Of a stretch of 64,000 nt of DNA, positions 52,770 to 64,000 are shown piece by piece. The notes beneath the pieces are model-generated. The model did no database searches and was not told the DNA's origin. It saw nothing but the letters and a program-made list of their open reading frames with translations. The DNA lies in the NCBI RefSeq assembly GCF_006345805.1, contig NC_043013.1, positions 16,740,001 through 16,804,000 on the forward strand. The letters are read 5' to 3'. A program made the translations under genes and the position numbers. The DNA is from Octopus sinensis (taxonomy: Eukaryota). Position 1 is the first letter of the stretch. Each line of letters starts with the position of its first letter.

Positions 52770-54050
52770 CACGAGGTGGTGCCCAAAAATTTTGCAATAT
52801 CATTTTACTCACTCACTTTTACACGTTTACACTTTTATCGCCTTTAAAGCATTCTCCATTTGAAGTAATGCATTGGTCCAGACGCGTTTTGCACTGTTTG
52901 AAATAGTCTTGGGACTTTTGCGAAGTGATGCCTTTCAATGCCTCCACCCCCTTTTTTTTTCTTTTTGTTTTTGTTCTTCGCTTCTTTCACATCTGCAAAA
53001 CGTTTTCCTTTAAGGACTTTTTTTTTCATTCAGGGAACAAAAAAAAAGTCGCAGGGAGCAATATCGGGTGAATAGAAAGGGTGAGTAAGTGGGGGTCATG
53101 CCCTTTTTGGTCAAAAACTGTCTCACACTCAAGGCGGTGTGCGCAGGTGCATTGTCATGATGAAACCACCACTCTCCACTTTGCCACAGGTCGGAACGTT
53201 TTCGTCTCACTGCGTCTCGCAAACGCTTCAGAACTTCCAAGTAAAATGTCTGGCCAGGAGGAACAAATTCTGTGTGGACAATTCCTTTCGCTTCGATGAA
53301 ACAAATCTGCATCGTCTTGACGTTGGGCTTCACTTGACGCGCTTTTTGAAGGCGTGATGTCATTGAATGCTTCCATTGACTTGATTGCTGCTTTGTTTCC
53401 GGGTCGTAGCACCAGCTTTCATCACCGGTGACGACCTTCGAAAAAAAGGTCCGGATCAACTTCCAACTGTTCTTTCAGTTCACGACACGCATTCAGTCGT
53501 GACTGCTTTTGATCTTCCGTGGGGAAGCAAGGCACACATTTTTCTGCAACTCTTTTCAGTCACAATTCCTCGCTCAAAATTCGTTGGGAGGAGCTCCAGG
53601 ACACACCAGTCAATTGTTCGACGATGGACCTCCAAGATTAGTTCATGAATTTTCCTGATGTTTTCATTTGTTTTGGAAGTCAACAGTCACCCTGAACAAG
53701 GTTGGTCTTCAAACGAAAAATGACCATTCCTAAATCGTGAAAACCACCCGTAAACTTGTGTTTTGCTCATGTCAGCGTCCTTCTAAGCTGTTTGAAGCAT
53801 GAAAACTGTTTCGGCTACCATTTTCCCCAGCAGAAAACAAAATTTCACGGAAGAACGTTGTTCCTTCGTTTCAGCCATCGCAAAAATTGACGAACAGAGA
53901 AGAAGCACTGCAAAACAGTGACGCACCACGTGGTAGTACGACCTCACTAGCATATGTCGGTCGGCAGACTGATGCCTGAGGATTGTATCAAGTGGCTTCT
54001 AGCGGCGGAATTCTGAACTACAACTGGCTTGTTCCATAGAGAGTATTTCC
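52770..54050 (-). mobile_element. near full-length mariner (decayed transposase)
   Basis: VVTGDESWCYDPETKQQSSQW...GIVHTEFVPPGQT...WWFHHDNAPAHTA...TYSP. TA then CACGAGGTGGTGCCCAAAAAT terminus. Confidence 0.9.
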
Positions 54051-54082
54051 AGTTACATCACGCACACGCGCCCACAAACACA

Positions 54083-54329
<247 letters not shown>

Positions 54330-55089
54330 TCAAGTGGTGTAGGGGAACTGTCATACAATATATCAAGACTGGTTAAAAATTTCGTATACAAAACAAATAT
54401 GGGCAACTCATCCCACCCCCACATACACAGGTGCCAAACCTGCTAATACGGTTGAATCATGATACCGTATGGCACCCGACCGTTTTCCGCTTTGGTCTCC
54501 CTTTTGCAAATAGACTTCTCTGAACCTAGCTATGTTCAGTTTGAGCCTTACTTTGAAATCTCCTACATCTGAGTAACTTTCTTGAGCTGTTGATTGATTT
54601 CTGGTGTGGTTTTCAACAAACGTCTATGATTTTTTATGCTGGGTTTAATCCATTCCGATCTCGACTTTTATGAATACAACATTTCTGTAACACTTTTTCA
54701 ATTCATTCAGTATCTGCACAAATTTCTCGCTACTCACCCTCACAACCATGAATTCCACTACTGACCCACACAATCATGTAGGCGTACTCTTGCCCTTCTG
54801 TGGAGATTATCAGTAAACGATATGTTTTAGATTAGGACCATTCTTTCTATATCACCCCACGATTTTCTCCCATTTTCACCTTTACACCTTTCCTGGCCCC
54901 CTACTTCTCGGCACCTGACGCTGGTAGCACTAAAAACGATGCCGTTCTACTTTTCTTTGTTTCCTTTCTAGCTATCCCCAAAGGTACGACCAACGATATT
55001 GTGGAAACAGCAGCCTTGGTCTTCCTTCTGGAGTTTGTTGTTGTGCTGCCTTTACTTATGGACTGTTCCCTCTTTGTATCGTTATTCCA

Positions 55090-55170
55090 CTTCTAAGCAG
55101 AAAACCCTCATGTGGCTTTTACTTCTGCATGTGTAGCAACCACGCCTTCTGTCCTATACCACCAGTCAAA
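55090..55170 (-). pseudogene. gag-like zinc knuckle of a decayed non-LTR ORF1
   Basis: Minus frame LVV*DRRRGCYTCRSKSHMRVFC gives CX2CX4HX4C. Confidence 0.6.
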
Positions 55171-56270
55171 TTGACTTCGTCTCTGATCCTGCAATACAAT
55201 TTCGAAATAGCCTGGTGTTCTTTGAACCTCACTAGGATACAAATGTTCATGCAGACCCCCTACCTTATATATTATCGCCAATCATCTCTGTTCTCACCAC
55301 TTACCCATACTGTCGTAGAGATAACAACCAACAGTCAACGTCCGTATCTCCTCGCGATTTCTTCCCATCTACTGTGAGGCGACTCGCTCTGCCTGTCTCT
55401 TCACCTTATCTTTCGATCTGTTACAGCACAAGTCTGTGGGCTGGTGTGTGAGATACCCTAGCTTTGCTTCTCTCCTCGCCTTCTCTTCCCATCTACCGCG
55501 GCACAACCCTGAGGGCTGATGTATTGACACCCCGGCTCTGTCTATCTTCTTGCCTCACTTTCGGTCCGAAAGGATAAACATATTCTTCCACATGGCCTAT
55601 CCAGTTAGATGGAATATTCATTGTACTTCGCATCGGCCAAAGCTTCCTCCAGCTTCTCCGTTGGGTTTTTTTTTTTCGAGAAATACATCGTTTTCCTCCA
55701 CTATTTTTCTTGTATCAATTTCTCCAGTAAAGAGTTGCTTTTAACCTTTGCCTGGTTTTGGCCTGTGTCTAGTGTTTCTTTATGACTACCAGCATTAGCA
55801 AAGAATTAGCTGATGTTGTTGTTGGTACTTTTTTATTGCCATTTAAATTTTCATTTTTACACTTATTTTTACCTTTCTACATGTTAAATTGTAATTGTTT
55901 GCTGTCCTATTTGTTTATCATTTTTCTGTTTACCATTTTTTTAAAGGGTCTTAAATCGTTTTAAAATTTGGGAGACGTATTCACTGCTACCACCATAGTA
56001 ACTAGCATCTCTTTCTGCTACCACCATTGTGACTAGCATTCCTGCTGTTACCTTTAAAACTAGCATCTCCCTCCTTGCCATTGTAATTAGCAGCCCCACC
56101 CTGCCACTACTATTGTGATTAGTCCCGCTAACCACCACTGTGTCTAGCAACTCTCCTTCCAGTTTTTTATTGAATTAGGTACATATTTTGCCATAAAAGG
56201 AAAATGTTACTATCGATCTATTTTATTCAAGGTAAGCACTGCGTACCTTGCCTACCCAGGCGGCACGTCC

Positions 56271-56592
<322 letters not shown>

Positions 56593-56743
56593 ATGTAGAT
56601 CTAGAGTTACGCATTCGTTATTATTTCTTTATGCGTGTCTTGTGTTTATTTATCTATTTGTTTGTCTTACAATAATTATTTTTACATATTAAATAAATAA
56701 CATTTGTTGTAATCCTCATTCTCTCGTCTTTCTTCTTTTGCAG

Positions 56744-56872
56744 CTCAGAAAGTCGACTTTGATTGTAGACGTTGGGGAGTATCGTGCGCCAAGAATGGAA
56801 GGTGTTTAACAACTTCAAATTACTGCGAATGTTCCAACAATTATACTGGACATGACTGTGGACTTCTAACAT
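56744..56872 (+). CDS. internal exon encoding an EGF-like domain (probable EGF/ZP-type extracellular matrix protein)
   Basis: Acceptor TCTTTCTTCTTTTGCAG, donor GTAAAT, 129 nt, phase 1-1. Peptide xQKVDFDCRRWGVSCAKNGRCLTTSNYCECSNNYTGHDCGLLT has CX6CX5CX6CXCX8C. Confidence 0.85.
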
Positions 56873-57731
56873 GTAAATATGATCTAGTCGGTGTTGTTGA
56901 TGTTGTTGTTGTTGGTGGTGGTGGTGGTGGTGGTGTTGTCTTTATTGTTCTATCCTTGTCATTTCTTTTCTTTCAATTGAAGCATTTAGTAACAGACCGT
57001 CGTAAGTGCCACAACTTAAAAACCGAGAAAAACACAAAGTTTCGCGACTTTCAGAATGCGATATCTCGACAAGGAATGACGTTAGGAAGCTGGTTTTGGT
57101 CTTAAAATGACTGCGAAGACTTCCTCTAACCATTCCACCTATGTAAAATTATATATTTACGTTTGCATCTGAAAGATTAAACAATGACTGCGTCTTTTTC
57201 ATTTTGTAGAATAAATAGGTATTATGAAACGATGTATCGCATTGCATATTTTAGTTATAATACCTAGAAGAAAAAAAAACATACAGAGACCCTCACCCAA
57301 GGTATTGTTTGTGTTTTAATATACCAAGGTAAGTATATTTAAGTGGAAAGTAAGACAAGATAGTAAGATAATAGTCCATTATCGTTTCGATGGTAACGAG
57401 AATATTAGAAAATGAGCCATAACACTAAAAAAACGATATAAGGACCACACCAAAGTTATTGACTGAGCGTGTGTGCTTACGATGGTGTGTTACTAAACTC
57501 TCTGGTCCGAGTGTGGGTCAGCGAGCGTCGTGTCAACAGCGTCATGGTACAATTTTTTTCAGCCGGATTTTTGACCTTATTGCAAGCCTCGCCGGTTCTT
57601 CCTCCCAACGTTTTCGGATTCTAGACGTCGAGACAAAGAAAATGATTCACTAACCTCGAAAATGGCCGGGGTGGTGCTTACGAAATTCTGTTACTAAACG
57701 CCACAGTTGCTTTATACGAATGTATGGTGTG

Positions 57732-57772
<41 letters not shown>

Positions 57773-57817
57773 GTACGCACACACATACATATATGTATTT
57801 AAGAGAGGAGAAAATGA

Positions 57818-57887
<70 letters not shown>

Positions 57888-57894
57888 GGCTGGC

Positions 57895-57929
<35 letters not shown>

Positions 57930-58660
57930 TAATTTAAAACTATACACAACACAAAAAGCAAAAGACAGAGACAGGTGACGGATCAACAAACAAGGCGTTG
58001 TATTAAGGAAAAATGGAAGAAGTCTTTGACGTTTTGAGACTACGCTCTTCTACGGAAAGGAATGAGGAGAGAAAACAGATAAAGAGAGGGGGAAAAACGG
58101 GGAGAAAACGTGCCCGGATTAATGGTTGCACAGACATACAGACAGACAAACCAACAAACAGACTAACAGGCTGGAAGGCAGACAGGCAGGCAGGTAGATG
58201 ATGGCTGCAACTCGATTTCAAACAATAACATTGTTTGTTTTTGTCTTAAACATGAGCAGTACGGATAGGGATTTTCAGTCCTGCTAGGGACCTTCACTCT
58301 GTTGCACAAATATGGCAACAATGAGGACCTCTTGCAATACGCGTTCAAAGAGTTAGCACCCTCTATGGCGCATACCGGCATTCCATCATGGAATTTTTCA
58401 TTGGATGTTTTGCCTTTCTCGACACAGCAAGCAATATTAAGCAATACATGCTAGAGATGTTGCTAGAAATGTTAAAAATCAAACACGTATACTAGAAGCT
58501 TTTGAAAGTGATGAAATGTCTTGAACTGGGCTAATCACACTCTCTGAACAACATATTCATTTGACCAAAAATCAAGAACCAGTCTACATCACTGGATGCG
58601 AACGAAGTCGAAGGTGTTACACCTGAGATTACTTCTCCTAAAGAGATGTCTAAACAAAGA

Positions 58661-59100
58661 CTAGGAGGGGTCTCTCTCACACCCAGCTGTTAGATGACGT
58701 TGACTCGACTGAGATCATCCCACCCGTAGATAAGTTTTGTTTTTCATCATGCAGAGTGTCAAACGCTTTACGACGTTGATTTCCTTACACTCCCTTCCCC
58801 ACAGCTTCACGAGGGAGGGAAGAAGGGGGAGAAGCAAACAGGTGCAGGTGTGACCATGGACGCCAACTCCGCGCCATCGACACACGAAAAATTATGCATT
58901 AAAATGGAATAAAAAATGATGTTAAATTATTTTTAAAATCGTAGACTCATCGTAGACGCCGCTAATACTCAGACGGGCTCGATATGAATCACGACTATAA
59001 GATACCCGAATTGGTTAAACTGCACCGCAAAATGTGGGAGGAGTTAGGAATCTAAATCGAAGGGGACAGACACTCACACAACTACAGTTTTATATATATA
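58661..59100 (-). mobile_element. non-autonomous Helitron-like element
   Basis: Minus strand starts TATATATAAAACTGTAGTTGTGAGTGTCTGTC and ends CCTCCTAG|T. Confidence 0.55.
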
Positions 59101-59265
59101 TATATATATATACCAATTAAGGACTGAACACGAAAAGTGGACAGTCAACATGCTAGATATAGACGTCAAATCGCCATTCACCACAAAAGATTATGTTCTC
59201 AGATCAAACTCAACAGAAAACCATAGCAATAAACAAGTGAAAAATATACGAAATAAAATAATTAC

Positions 59266-59330
59266 CCATGTACTAAATTAGTTTCAGCTGTTATTTTCCG
59301 CAAGGAAAACTGCAGCCATCATCAGCATGG
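59266..59330 (-). ncRNA. type I hammerhead ribozyme motif
   Basis: Mirror copy of 59423-59488. Confidence 0.8.
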
Positions 59331-59422
59331 TCCGTTATAAATGTAATTTGCTGGACTAGATGCTAACACGATACCGAATTATCGTGTTAGCATCTAGTCC
59401 AGCAAATTACATTTATAACGGA

Positions 59423-59488
59423 CCATGCTGATGATGGCTGCAGTTTTCCTTGCGGAAAAATAACAGCTGAAACTAATTTAGTACATGG
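59423..59488 (+). ncRNA. type I hammerhead ribozyme motif
   Basis: ccatg CTGATGA t ggctg..ttttcc ttgc ggaaaa..cagct GAAAC taattta GTA catgg. Confidence 0.8.
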
Positions 59489-59745
59489 GTAATTATTTTA
59501 TTTCGTATATTTTTCACTTGTTTATTGCTATGGTTTTGTGTTGAGTTTGATCTGAGAACATAATCTTTTGTGGTGAATGGCGATTTGACGTCTATATCTA
59601 GCATGTTGACTGTCCACTTTTCGTGTTCAGTCCTTAATTGGTATATATAAATATTTTAATCTTCGGATTCTTTTTTAATATGCTAGACCACTGGTCTTAA
59701 TTGATAAATATCAATTTCTACCCTTAATTAATATTATATATATAT

Positions 59746-59788
<43 letters not shown>

Positions 59789-60927
59789 ACGATGACGACG
59801 ACGACGATGATGATCTTTTTCTTATTAATGTTCTTTGATGTTATTGCAATCCTTTTTCCATGCACCTTTTTTGTAAATTATCCCTCTCTAAGTTTCCCCT
59901 CGCCTGTCGTTTTTGTCACAATAATACGGATGTCATTACTGTTTATGGTTATTATTGTTGTTGATGATACTGATGATGATGATGATGATGACGACGATGG
60001 TGATGATGTTATTGATGCTGTTGCTATTGTTGTCTGTCGCTTTTGTCGTTGTTGTCGTTGCTGCTGTTGCTGTTGTTGTTGTTGTTGCTGTTGTTGTTAA
60101 CGATGATGATGATGATGAGGAGGAGGAGGAGGAGGAGTAAAATGACGCTATTGATGTTGATGCCTATCATTGTTGCTGTTGTTGTTGTTGTTGTTGTTGT
60201 TCATGCTGTTTACCTGCAAAAAAAGAAAAACAAAAAAATTGTTGTTGTGGTTATCTTTTCAGATGGTGAGTTTATACTACTCGTGCGTTCTCCGAGTGAT
60301 TCTCCAAAAAAAAAAAAAAAAATTCTAAATAAATTTTCTTGACAACAAAGTAATCAAGGGCAAAGAAGCATTGAGAAGCTGTTTGACACATTCACAGAAG
60401 ACAAAACGAATTGTGGTCGCATCAAGTAAAACTAAATATCGAATTGATTTTATTTAAAAACAAAAAACAAAAAAAAAGACACAAACACACACATAAATAA
60501 AAAAAATCTTAAGAGCAACACACAAAAAACAACAAATAACAAACTACCAATTACTGCATAATTAAGCACGGAAGACATTATAAAGATAAAATGATATTAC
60601 CTTTATAAAGTCAATAATTTCAATTGTAAATGTCTCATAATGGCTACATTTAACAAACATTCTGAATATAATGACTATATACTAAACAAATATAAAAGCA
60701 AGCCAATTATATTGCCTAACCATAATGCACTGCGATTCTGTAATGAGTTTTATTAATATTATTATTATTATTAATCTTTTTGACCTCAGAGCTTCTTTGC
60801 ACTAAATTTGCGCTTTCATTTTAATTTCACCTAAGCCTGTCCTTCAAACTTCGAGTTTCTTTAAGTAACAGCTGCTCAAAACCCACTTGATGATAATGAC
60901 AAATAGGTGGTGGTGGGGGCGCGAGTG

Positions 60928-60967
<40 letters not shown>

Positions 60968-61336
60968 GTGTGTGTGTGTGTGTTATCACTTTGTATCAAT
61001 GCAATTATTACACGAAAGACAACCCGATACTTTTTTAGTGGAGTGGAATAGATTTTTTTTTGAAGGTTGTCTTTGCGAGTCACCATTCAATATTTCACTT
61101 TCCGATCTTCATCCAACTTTCTCTCCGTGTGTGTTTGTGTGTGTGTGTGTGTGTGTGTCCGAGCGCACGGGTGCATCATACTTTAGCCTCTCAGTACCCA
61201 TCATAAAGCCACCGCCCTCTCTACTACTACTCCACGCAGTCGAGATTCTTTCCTCTGTCTTACAAATTATTTGGTGACCTCACTTGTGGTCAGTCACAAG
61301 AAAAAAATCGCACAGTATACTCTGTAAATATGTGGT

Positions 61337-61565
61337 TCTTTATTACCCACAAGGGGCTAAACACAGAGGGGACAAACAAGGACAGACAAACGGATTAAGT
61401 CGATTACATCGACCCCAGTGCGTAACTGGTGCTTAATTTATCGACCCCGAAAGGATGAAAGGCAAAGTCGACCTCGGCGGAATTTGAACCCAGAATGTAA
61501 CGGCAGACGAAATACAGCTACGCATTTCGCCCGGCGTGCTAACGTTTCTGCCATATCACCACCTT
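61337..61565 (-). mobile_element. SINE family A, well-preserved copy
   Basis: Reverse complement of 487-720. Confidence 0.9.
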
Positions 61566-62079
61566 ATTTACAGTACACTCTGTAAATATGGGTTGGCATT
61601 AGGAAAGATGTCCAGTCGTAAAAACCATTCCAAAGCAGGCATTTGAGAACAACACAGCCCTCAGACTAGTTGGATTTCGTTGAACCGTCCACTCCATGAG
61701 AGCATGGAATATGGACGTTAAATGATGATGATGATGATGATGACGACGACGACGATGATGATGATGATGATGATGACGATGATGATATTCTTATTATCAT
61801 CATTGTTCTAACAATGAACATTTCGTATCATCTATTTTAATTTAGGTGTCGACGGTTAACATAAATCTAATGATTCTTCGACGAAATGTCAATCATAAAA
61901 TACCCGAATCCTCATCTCCCCAGAAAATACAAACATACAAATTTACTAACTTAATTGAACATTATTTAACCAAAAACATACCACCATAAATTCCCTCGAA
62001 CTCCAGTTTTTATTTGCTAATATACTATCAAATGGCTTTTAAGTGTCAGAACTTAACATCAATTTAATATAACAATATG

Positions 62080-62120
62080 CTTTGCTGAGGAGGGTTAATA
62101 ACATCGAAACATGTCTACAG
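62080..62120 (+). ncRNA. hammerhead motif with weak stem I
   Basis: ctttg CTGAGGA gggtt aat aacatc GAAAC at GTC tacag. Stem III ACATGT is palindromic. Confidence 0.55.
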
Positions 62121-62732
62121 TTGTCACTGTGTCCTAAAAAAGACTAGTTTAATATTTCCCCCTTCCCTTTGCTTGCATGACTATTTCCATTGTTGCCGAA
62201 CTGAGATTTCAATAGAGTTAACTCTAATTTCAATTATTTGAGTCCAGGAGTTTTCACCCTTAGTCGTCTTGGACAAATTTAAACATTAATTCAATGTTTT
62301 CCTCTCCTCAGTTCACTTAGAGTCTTGATTGCAACCAGTTTCGTTTGTCAACGCGTCAAGGGTTTCCACGCTTACTTTACAAATGCATTATCACGTGTCT
62401 TTGGATGTCAAAACTTAACGTCTATATTATGCATTAGCATATGGCTTTATCTCAATTGCTTATCACCACATAAGAACATTTTCTTTTTCAATCAAATAAA
62501 GCAATTCTTGTAAAATCCTTCTTGAACAAAACATTTTGCAGTCTGCTAGAGGGATGCCACAAACATTATCAAGGACTAATTCTAGTTAGCAAGTTAAGAA
62601 TACAAACGAAATATTGAAATATTTTAAGGGTGTCGTTAGTAGTTCTACCTTATCAAAGATATAAACTCTTCTTTTGTATTGTTTCTCTCTCATTCTCTGT
62701 GTGTCTCTGTCCATCTGTCAGCTTATCTTTCA

Positions 62733-62796
<64 letters not shown>

Positions 62797-62973
62797 ACCC
62801 TTTCTTTCTTTCTCCTCTTGGCTACAAATCATTTTGGAGAGAGAGAAAAGTAGTTCATTGGTTTTAGAAAAACTCTAAAGAATGGAAAGATATAAAGTCG
62901 ATTGCAGTGGGATTCGAACTCAGACCGTAAAAGGGACATAATCAAACACTATAAGACATTTTGCTTCAAAACG

Positions 62974-63298
62974 CAATGGAACCTCGGCTTACGAATGCCT
63001 CTCATCACGAACAAAGCGGTTTCCAAGCAATTTTTCGAACATAAAATGTCTTGGGTAACGAACGATGTTTCATGCAACGAACATGCAAGCCGACAACAAC
63101 GGTTGGCGACAAGCTGAGGGTATCAGCAGAAGAACGTCAGTTGCTGTTTAGCTTTCGCTCAGCGCCGCACATCTCTGTTCAAATTTGCTGTGCTTTCTCT
63201 TGAATTTCCTTTGGGGCAAAACAATTTCCGTTTACGAACATTTCGGGTGACGAACGATCTTCGGAAACGAACTAAATTCGTAAACCGAGGTTCCACAG
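62974..63298. mobile_element. pogo/Tigger-like MITE
   Basis: TIRs CAATGGAACCTCGGCTTACGAA / TTCGTAAACCGAGGTTCCACAG followed by TA. Confidence 0.8.
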
Positions 63299-63589
63299 TA
63301 TTCTAGTTTTGCCAACTTTAATTATGCAGAAAAAATAAAAACAATAGGTTTACAGTTGCCATTAAATTTTAGAATGAATGTGCGTGTGCAGCGCTTGTCT
63401 GAATGCAAAGATGAATTTTAGTATTTTTCTGAATAGCCTTCAAAATTTATTTTCCGGAAACTGAGTTAATTAATTGATATTACACATTAATATACATGAA
63501 TGATAAAATATTATTTCATAATTTCGACATTTCTGATACTTTAAGGGAAACTTCAATGTAGCAGCAAAACATTTCGTGAAAACATGATG

Positions 63590-64000
63590 AGACTATCACA
63601 AAAAAAAGTTGTCTGCAATTTTTGCAGGGATCAGAAAAATTTTACAAAAAACTGGCATAAAATCATATTTAGTGAGGAAACATCTGTTTAACAATTTGCA
63701 TTTAATGCTCCTTTCAGTTGTCGTCCATCAAACGCAAGGTACAATCCCAAGTATACACATACAAAAGTCCAACAATGATATAGGACTCATTTTCTGCAAA
63801 GGAAGTGTAGGTATTTGGATAATTCTTCAAAGTAAAATCAGAAACTCTAAAGCATACCAGGATATTCTGAAGAAGCGGCCTACTTATATGATCATTTGTA
63901 ACCATACTTTATTCCAAAAGAATGGTGCAGCCTACCATTCAGTAAAATATATGAATGACTGGCTTACAGACAACGATATAACTCTTTTGGGTGCATTGCA
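63590..64000 (+). mobile_element. Tc1 transposase remnant
   Basis: KNWHKIIFSEE, NSKAYQDILKKR and LFQKNGAAYHSVKYMNDWL resemble W..VIFSDE, NS..YQ.IL and FQQDGAP.H. Confidence 0.75.

Larger units (their letters stand above)
59104..59735. mobile_element. Penelope-like pLTR palindrome (arms about 270 bp, 6-nt loop)
   Basis: 59104-59373 is inverted to 59380-59649 around loop CCGAAT. The right copy extends to about 59735. (TA)n on both sides. Confidence 0.9.

Noticed and set aside
59783-60230. Poly-D/C/L/Q ORFs and a minus-strand acceptor near 60215
   Set aside because: These are trinucleotide repeats, and frames after the acceptor close quickly.

Overview
AT-rich, microsatellite-dense eukaryotic DNA, not prokaryotic. 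The tRNA-headed SINE families, RTE and RLE LINEs, and (TA)n/(CATA)n/(CA)n tracts look like an Octopus (coleoid cephalopod) genome; this is an inference from repeat content. Most ORF-track entries are translated microsatellites. The window is largely decayed transposons: SINEs, RTE and R4/Dong-like LINEs, Tc1/mariner, Helitron/Helentron-like elements and MITEs. Two things stand out. (1) About ten type I hammerhead ribozyme motifs with intact CUGANGA...GAAAC...GUH cores, plus about nine decayed or variant ones. They sit mostly in Penelope-like terminal repeats, often as long inverted repeats beside (TA)n, with one GIY-YIG endonuclease remnant. (2) One clean phase 1-1 EGF-domain exon (56744-56872, +) missed by the ORF track, resembling molluscan EGF/ZP matrix proteins. 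All folds and alignments were read by eye and element boundaries are approximate.
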